A stretch of 24,077 nt of DNA. Origin: Chlamydiales bacterium. GTDB lineage: Bacteria > Chlamydiota > Chlamydiia > Chlamydiales > JAAZZY01. How positions within the stretch are numbered: position 1 is the first letter of the stretch; the number at the start of each line of letters is the position of its first letter. The notes below the pieces were generated by a model. The model saw only the letters and a list, made by a program, of their open reading frames with translations. It had not been told where the DNA came from and did not search any database. Made by a program: the position numbers and the translations under genes. Shown here one piece after another: positions 17,754 through 24,077 of this stretch. The stretch spans positions 1 through 24,077 of the forward strand of contig CBDBKM010000004.1 in assembly GCA_965206695.1 (NCBI GenBank), read 5' to 3'.

Positions 17754-17930
17754 GACAATTAAGCAAGAAAACCCTTTACTTTAGCATTGGGATGAAAGCG
17801 TCTATTTGTTTTTTTGAGTTTGGATATACTTCCTAATTGTATATTCATTTAGTTTTCCCACACTATCAACATAATACGATCTTGTCCATAATGTAGGCCA
17901 TCGAGATTTTAAACTTGAGAATTCTTCAAG
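17754..17930 (-). pseudogene. tnpA: IS200/IS605 left end (17754-17801, + orientation) with the tnpA (HUH Y1 transposase) C-terminal relic at 17802-17930 on the minus strand (copy D)
   Basis: Manual translation LEEFSSLKSRWPTLWTRSYYVDSVGKLNEYTIRKYIQTQKNK* (LW.RSYY and catalytic-Tyr helix). Adjacent ATTAT|GACAATTAAGCAAGAAAACCC..CTTTAGCATTGGGATGAAAGCGTC matches the left ends of copies B and C. Confidence 0.88.
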
Positions 17931-18715
17931 GGGTATTCTAATTTTAGATGACTCTATAGGAGAGAAACCTTATATGGATGAAAATGATATCGTTACTTGG
18001 CACCTTTCTCATGCCAAAGGAAGATGCGTTAAAGGCATTCATATTCTTTCCGGTCTTGTTAGATACGATACTATAGCCTTTCCTATTGGCTATGAAATCA
18101 TATCTAAAACAGTTCATTTTTATGATATTAAGATCAAAAAAGAGAAAAGAAACTCCTGTTTAACTAAAAATGAATAATTCTGAAGACAAATCAAGCAGGC
18201 TATAAACAACCGGCTACACTTTGATTATATCCTTGCTGATAATTGGTTTGAATTGCAAAAACATGGAGCTTATTCAATCTGAAACAGATAAGAAATTTAT
18301 TTTAGGTATGAAGTCAAATAGACTAATCGCCTTCTCAAAAAAAAACAGCCAAAAAGGTCAGTATCACAATTCGGCATTGCTTCATCTCAAGGAAAGAGAA
18401 AAAAAGATAGTGTGGCTTAAACATGTATCTTTTCCTGTTGCTCTAATAAAGAAATTCTTCATAAACGAAGATGGTACATCAGGAGCCCTGTACCTTGTAA
18501 GCAACGACTGAGACCTTGATGCCGACTCATTCTATGAGATCTACAAAAAAATCATATTTTTGCATCTCTTGTTGCTTATTGCAAGCCGGAATTGTGAAAA
18601 ATTAAGACCCATTTAAATCATTTTGCTCTTAAATATAAATGGTTAATCAAGGCAAACCGGCTAACCTTTTATGAACTGAAAAAATGACATGCTACTTGAT
18701 TTTGCGTAAGGTGAG
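17915..18715 (+). pseudogene. IS701-family transposase relic (5'-truncated, several stops/frameshifts)
   Basis: GILILDDSIGEKPYMDENDIVTWHLSHAKGRCVKGI..TKNE; FDYILADNWF; KKFILGMKSNR; FINEDGTSGALYLVSND. Ends ..GCGTAAGGTGAG. Confidence 0.8.
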
Positions 18716-18881
18716 TTACTTATAATAAATTTTACGATACATTTACTGATTTTGCATGAGAGGTAAGAGGGTTTTTTAAAGACAAAATCCCGATTTTAAG
18801 AGACAAGCTTAAAACACGAATGAATGATAAATTTCAAGTGAGGGCACTCCATCCTGTCCGGCTTCCGGGTGTGAATGAGTA
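18716..18881 (+). mobile_element. 3' end of an IS630 element (inverted copy of 21324-21488)
   Basis: Encodes TYNKFYDTFTDFA*EVRGFFKDKIP..RMNDKFQV. Ends GTGAATGAGTA|TA. Near-identical reverse complement lies at 21324-21488. Confidence 0.8.
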
Positions 18882-18972
18882 TATACAGGAAGCATCTTAC
18901 CACCTCTTGCCGGAGCGGTTATAACACCACTGACTCTATAGGATTGTCAATGTTAGTAGATAAAGTGAAACC

Positions 18973-19710
18973 TTAACAAGGTAGATTAGCACTACTTGTT
19001 CGAAATATTTCAGAAGCTAAAATTGCAAAGGCAGAAGCTACATTGAGTGAATTCTTTCGTCCTACTAAAGGAATTTCTACAATGTCATCTGCCATTGCTA
19101 ATACCTCATCACTACACCCGTATTCTTCATTTCCTAATACGAGAGTAAAGACTTTTGGAAAATTAAACGAATAGATGCTTTTAGCTTGATTACTTGTCTC
19201 CATTGCAATGACAGGTCTAGGCAATGCATTTAATTCCAAATGATTATGACATACAACCCACTGATAGGTATTCATAGAAGTTTTTTGAACTTGTTTATGA
19301 TCAATAAACGGAGTTTTTTTAGAGAAATAGAGCGTGCCTAATTGAAAAGCTTCAGTTGTTCTTATCATACTACCCACATTATGGGCTGAACGAATATTAT
19401 CCAGATAAATTGAAATAGGTAATATAGAGCGCTTCGTCTCCGTATTATCATGCGTTCTGACAAAGGAAAGCAAATTATGTTCTTTCAAAGTCATCGAAGC
19501 TTCCTTTAAATGATCATGAATCCTGTCAGACACTTGTTTTTTATCATTAAAATCGCAAGGATAAAGCGCTAACCATTCTTGAATTTTTTTATATTGAATC
19601 AATAGATCCATATCGGATGATTCATAATAATTACGTAATAACTCAAAAGCCTTTTTATGTTGTTGTCTAAGGGGCAAAGAAAGAAACTTCTTTTGAGTAA
19701 AAAAAATCAT
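18973..19710 (-). CDS. TrmH/SpoU family RNA methyltransferase with N-terminal extension
   Basis: LDNIRSAHNVGSMIRT, LVLGNEEYG, EIPLVGRKNSLNVASA SPOUT motifs. 4-nt ATGA overlap with the ABC-F gene. Confidence 0.93.
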   Translation of the reverse strand: MIFFTQKKFLSLPLRQQHKKAFELLRNYYESSDMDLLIQYKKIQEWLALYPCDFNDKKQVSDRIHDHLKEASMTLKEHNLLSFVRTHDNTETKRSILPISIYLDNIRSAHNVGSMIRTTEAFQLGTLYFSKKTPFIDHKQVQKTSMNTYQWVVCHNHLELNALPRPVIAMETSNQAKSIYSFNFPKVFTLVLGNEEYGCSDEVLAMADDIVEIPLVGRKNSLNVASAFAILASEIFRTSSANLPC

Positions 19711-21284
19711 ACCGTTGTTTTAAGATATTCTTCTAATTTACCATCATAAACTCGAGCACCATCTGATTCGAATGCAATAATTGTATCCGCTACATTTGCA
19801 ATAAGATCTTGGTCATGACTAGCTACAATTACTGTTCCTTTATAACTGCTTAAACCTTGTGATAGAGCTGACACGGCTTCTAAATCTAAATGATTATTCG
19901 GCTCATCTAAAATTAACACATTATGATCTTCTAACATCATACCGGCCAATATTAATCGAGCTGTTTCTCCACCCGATAAAGTCTTAACATTTTTAAAAGC
20001 GTCATCACCACTAAATAGCATCCGTCCTAATACACTACGAATATCTTGATCATAGATACCCTGTTTTCTTGCTCTCAACCAATCAAATGAATTATCTGTA
20101 GTATCTTTTTCGATAACATCCGAATGATTTTGAGGAAAATACGAAATTTTGACCTGATGACCTGATTCAACCTGTCCGCTATCAGGTTCTAAGACCTCGG
20201 CCAGCATTTTTAAAAGAGTTGATTTACCTCTACCATTACTTCCGATGACTCCAATTTTCCGATAGCGAAGAACTTCTAATGTAAAGTTCTTTATCACTTC
20301 ATGATCATAAGCTTTAGATATTTTTTGAGCATTTAGAACAACTTGTCCGGTTTGTTGTTCTGTCGATTTGAACGCAATATAGGGTCTTTGTATATTGGAC
20401 TGTTTTAATTCTTGAGGCTGCAATTTTTGCATCTCTTTTTTTCTCGATTGAACTTGGCTAGCTCTGGTACCTGCACTGAATTTTGAAACAAACTCTTGAA
20501 GTCTGGAAATTTTTTTCTCTTTTGATTTGGCATCTTCTTCAGCACTTTTACGCATCGAAGTTTTAGCTAATACCATGTCATCATAATTACCGGGATAAAT
20601 GATAACTGTTTCATAATCAATATCAGCAATATGAGTCGTAATCGAATTAAGAAAATGTCTGTCATGACTCACTACAATCAAGGAACCTTGATAGCTTTTC
20701 AGAAAAGTTTCCAGCCAACGTATAGAACCCATATCAAGGTGGTTCGTAGGTTCATCTAAAATAAGAGCTTGAGGTTCACCAAAAAGAGCTTGACATAATA
20801 AAATACGAAATTGAAAGTCTATAGGTAATTCGCTCATTTTACTTTCATGGACTAAAGAATCAATACCCATACCATTTAAAAGCATCTCAGCATCACTCTC
20901 AGCAGTATACCCATCTTCATCAGCAATAATCTCTTCTATTGCACCTAAACGCATCCCAACTTCATCCGTCATCTTGCCTTCATACAAACGATCTCGTTCT
21001 TGGAAAGCAACCCAAAGTGGTGCATTACCCATAATGACAACATCAATAGCTCTATAGTCTCTAAAATCTTCAATATTCTGACGAAGAAAACCAATTTTAT
21101 TCGGAAGAGTAACAACACCTGTTAGTTGCTTTTCGATACCCATTATAATTTTTAACAAAGTCGATTTACCGGCACCATTCGGTCCGGTAAGACCATAACG
21201 ATTACCGGGATTAAAGGTAATACTCACATTTTCGAATAAAATATTGCTTCCAAAACTTTTGGAAACAGAATCTAAGGTAATCAT
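19707..21284 (-). CDS. ABC-F family ribosome-associated ATPase (YbiT/EttA-like)
   Basis: Two nucleotide-binding domains: GPNGAGKST..LILDEPTNHLD..VSHDR and GSNGRGKST..LSGGE..LILDEPNNHLD..ASHD. No transmembrane segments. Confidence 0.95.
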   Translation of the reverse strand: MITLDSVSKSFGSNILFENVSITFNPGNRYGLTGPNGAGKSTLLKIIMGIEKQLTGVVTLPNKIGFLRQNIEDFRDYRAIDVVIMGNAPLWVAFQERDRLYEGKMTDEVGMRLGAIEEIIADEDGYTAESDAEMLLNGMGIDSLVHESKMSELPIDFQFRILLCQALFGEPQALILDEPTNHLDMGSIRWLETFLKSYQGSLIVVSHDRHFLNSITTHIADIDYETVIIYPGNYDDMVLAKTSMRKSAEEDAKSKEKKISRLQEFVSKFSAGTRASQVQSRKKEMQKLQPQELKQSNIQRPYIAFKSTEQQTGQVVLNAQKISKAYDHEVIKNFTLEVLRYRKIGVIGSNGRGKSTLLKMLAEVLEPDSGQVESGHQVKISYFPQNHSDVIEKDTTDNSFDWLRARKQGIYDQDIRSVLGRMLFSGDDAFKNVKTLSGGETARLILAGMMLEDHNVLILDEPNNHLDLEAVSALSQGLSSYKGTVIVASHDQDLIANVADTIIAFESDGARVYDGKLEEYLKTTV

Positions 21285-21323
21285 ATGTTATGTTCTCCCA
21301 AACTAACTAGTCACTACAAAATA

Positions 21324-21879
21324 TACTCATTCACATTGGAACCCGGACAGGATGGAGTGTCCTCACCTGAAATTTATCATTCATTCATGTTTTAAGCTTG
21401 TCTCTTAAAATCGGGATTTTATCTTAAAAAAACCCGCTTACTTCTCATCTAAAATCAATAAATGTACCGTAAAATTTATTATAAGTAATCGTTTCCCTCA
21501 TCACTTTCCAAAATCACGTCCTTGACCCTTTTATTAAGTGTATTGAGAAAGATATTTCACTCGTTCTTTCGTTTGCAGTTCGGATAATTTACCGGCTGAT
21601 CCTTCTTTGATATCATGCCGAGCTTTTCTTTTTGATTGAAATTCCCTCAAATACTCGTAAATGCTCGACCGGCTTAAGCGCAAAACATGGACAATATGAT
21701 CAGGCTCCCGGGACCGTCAACTCGTACAAGAAGCACACATAAACGATTACGTTCATTTATATCACAGGTCTTTTTTACCTGAAATTCAAAAGTACTTCTT
21801 TGATTTGGAGTTAATTGGTTCATACAAAGTTAATATCATATTTATACTTTTTTGTGCACCTTATCAGTTGCGAAGAGTA
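21324..21879 (-). mobile_element. Internally deleted IS630 element (transposase 5' part fused to its 3' end)
   Basis: From the ATG at 21833: MNQLTPNQRS..ERNRLCVLL..HVLRLSRSSIYEYL..GSAGKLS (frameshifted), joined near 21515 to WKVMRETITYNKFY..MNDKFQV. Termini TACTCATTCAC / TACTCTTCGC. Confidence 0.75.
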
Positions 21880-21982
21880 CATATTAGTTATAGTAGCATG
21901 AAAATAAGTCCCTTTTCCTCTCGACAAGAAAAGGGAAAAGCTGTAGCAATTATATTTAATTTTAATAAGATAGGTTTTTGCT

Positions 21983-22968
21983 TTGTTTATTAAAGCCGCT
22001 TATAAGTTCTTATCTTATTTAAAAATAGTGAATAATGCATCGGAACATACTATACGAAATTATTCTATTGATCTGAATGCTTTAAAAGATTTTTTAGAAC
22101 CTCCAATTTCAAAAGAGGCGTATCATGAACCGGCGCCCAAAATTTATTATAATAGGACCTATGATAAGGACCATTCTGAAAAACAAGATACTCTTAATTT
22201 GGGTTCTATTGATCGCAGAACTATCCGAAAATTTTTAGCTAACCAAACTGAAAATAAAATTAGTAAACGTTCTCTAGTCAGGCGTATTTCTTCTCTCCGC
22301 TCATTTTTTAAATATCTTTTTAGCAAAAAAATAATTCAAGCCAATCCCTTTGAAGATATTGACAGCCCTCGCTTAGACAAATTTCTGCCTAATTCCTTAA
22401 ATTATGAACAGATTCAAAATCTATTAGACCAACCTGATATTGAGACTTATCTAGGTTTTCGAGATCGTTGTATTATGGAATTATTATATAGTTCAGGGCT
22501 TCGTGTCAGTGAACTAACAGCTTTGAATCGAAATGACTTAGATTATAAACAACTTATTATAAAACTTTCCGGTAAAGGTAAAAAGAAAGGCTTATTCCTA
22601 TTACGAAAAATGCCGCTGAATGGGTTCTCTCTTATCTTGAACACTCTGAAAGAGATAAGGACATTAATGGTCACTTAAGACAACTAAATCCCGAAGCTAT
22701 TTTTTTAAATAAACTCGGTACCCGCCTAACAACACGTTCTGTAGATCGTAAATTTGTTAAATACCTAATAGCTAGTGGATTATCCGGTGAAATAACACCT
22801 CATACTATACGTCATACTATAGCGACTCATTGGTTAGAAAATGGAATGGATCTTAAAACCATCCAACTGCTTTTAGGACATTCTTCTTTATCAACTACTT
22901 CCATTTATACCCATGTATCGATTAAGTTAAAGAAAGAAGTTTATGATAAAGCCCATCCGCGAGCATAA
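21983..22968 (+). pseudogene. xerC: Tyrosine recombinase XerC with a single-base frameshift (possibly a sequencing error)
   Basis: SEHTIRNY, RRISSLRSFFKY, RDRCIMELLYSSGLRVSEL, GKGK; then in the -1 frame [53 protein letters not shown] (22968). A5 run at 22580-22584 where A6 is needed. Confidence 0.9.
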
Positions 22969-22995
22969 GAATAATCTATGGATACCGTTGCTATT

Positions 22996-23062
22996 TTGAC
23001 AGCTCCCAACCCTAAAGGGAAGTATTAATCTAACACTTCCCTTTAGGGTTGGGAGCTGTCAA
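22996..23062. repeat. Perfect 28-bp inverted repeat made of two IS605-type right ends (possible bidirectional terminator)
   Basis: TTGACAGCTCCCAACCCTAAAGGGAAGT (22996-23023), 11-nt spacer, exact reverse complement (23035-23062). Each arm matches 8566-8592 and 6116-6147. Confidence 0.9.
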
Positions 23063-23207
23063 GAGATAGCCATATCGTATGATTTAAGAAAATCATATAA
23101 AAGATTTTTTAGTTATCTGCGCTTCGAACGTAAGCCATTACCAAATTGTGCTTTGGTAGCTTTACATGCGACTCGTATTTTAATAAGCCAAGATTTGATT
23201 GGTAGGC

Positions 23208-24077
23208 TTAAACTTTCGAAAAAAAAACTTTTAGCTTGTCTAAGAACGAACGTTTTTTAGGTAGATTATTAGGCGTTTCCGTATCACTAAATTCTTTCAG
23301 TATTTCTTTTTGTTTAGATGAAAGGTGGGCAGGCGTTTCCACAATAATATGTACTAAAAGATCTCCTTTGCCTTGACCATGAACATTTGGTATGCCTTCT
23401 TTTCGCACTCGAAGTATTTTTCCATATTGGGTGCCTTCCGGGATAATGACACGAACGTTACCCGATAAGGGAGTGGGTACATCTTTTTTACAGCCAAGAG
23501 CCGCTTCAGCAAAGCCAATAGGCAAATCAATGATGATATCATCACCTTGTCTTGTAAACAAATCATGTGGTTTAACAGTTAGATATACATAAAGATCTCC
23601 TGCAGGGCCACCACCCTCTCCTGCATCTCCATATCCGGGCATTCTAAGACGCATACCATTATCAATACCGGCAGGAATCGTGATTGTAACTTTTTGTTTT
23701 GTCTTAAGCCTTCCTTCACCACGGCACTCTCGACAAGGATCTGTAATGACAGCTCCATTTCCATGACAATAAGAACATGTTGTTGACATACTGAAAAAAC
23801 CACGGCTCTGAAAAACTTGACCGGTTCCTTTACAGTACGTACACTTTTTGATTGCTTTAGGAAATTGGGCGCCACTACCTTGGCATTTACTACAGTTTGC
23901 AAAATTCGATATGAGGGCCTCTTTTTCAACCCCTTTGACGGCTTCTTCAAAGGTAACAGTAACATTAATCTTTTTGCTGGCCCCTTGACGGGCGCTTGAT
24001 CCTTCACTTCCTCCGAAACCAAAAAAAGAATCAAAAATGGAGTCACTGCCTCCAAAAGCACCCATAAAAGTTCTAAG
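23208..24077 (-). CDS. dnaJ: Chaperone DnaJ (partial; the J-domain lies beyond the right edge)
   Basis: G/F-rich region, four CxxCxGxG repeats, IPAGIDNG, GGPAGDLYV, IPEGTQ, GKGDL. Frame open to the window edge (..LRTFMGAFGG). Confidence 0.97.
   Translation of the reverse strand, partial: LRTFMGAFGGSDSIFDSFFGFGGSEGSSARQGASKKINVTVTFEEAVKGVEKEALISNFANCSKCQGSGAQFPKAIKKCTYCKGTGQVFQSRGFFSMSTTCSYCHGNGAVITDPCRECRGEGRLKTKQKVTITIPAGIDNGMRLRMPGYGDAGEGGGPAGDLYVYLTVKPHDLFTRQGDDIIIDLPIGFAEAALGCKKDVPTPLSGNVRVIIPEGTQYGKILRVRKEGIPNVHGQGKGDLLVHIIVETPAHLSSKQKEILKEFSDTETPNNLPKKRSFLDKLKVFFSKV

Noticed and set aside
23354..24061. Short ORFs overlapping dnaJ (also 9586-9846, 9850-10041, 10958-11257, 14130-14315, 21805-21993, 5983-6189)
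   Set aside because: Shadow frames of well-supported genes or IS relics.

Overview
AT-rich, IS-riddled bacterial chromosomal segment, most likely from an environmental/symbiotic Chlamydiota. This is inferred from the style of the TrmH-family, ABC-F, XerC and DnaJ proteins and a URA3-type PyrF. The left ~13.7 kb and 17.7-18.9 kb are an IS graveyard. It holds a three-level nested insertion (IS605 tnpB, interrupted by IS630, interrupted by an intact IS30), further IS630, IS3 and IS701 relics, two MITE-sized elements, and a deletion series of one IS200/IS605 family whose left end, right end/omegaRNA region, divergent tnpA and likely TTTAT target can be pieced together from several copies. One member is a 300-bp tnpB-less mini-element, and a perfect 28-bp palindrome consists of two right ends back to back. 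Host genes are a GNAT-(nitrilase) N-terminus, a RimJ/L GNAT, a putative sugar O-methyltransferase, an exported DRGH endonuclease, an RRM protein, pyrF, a CgeB-like glycosyltransferase, TrmH, ABC-F, a frameshifted xerC, partial dnaJ and several orphan effector-like proteins. No rRNA, tRNA or CRISPR array was seen, and no clearly new multi-gene system is demonstrable. The best leads are the non-coding IS605/omegaRNA derivatives.
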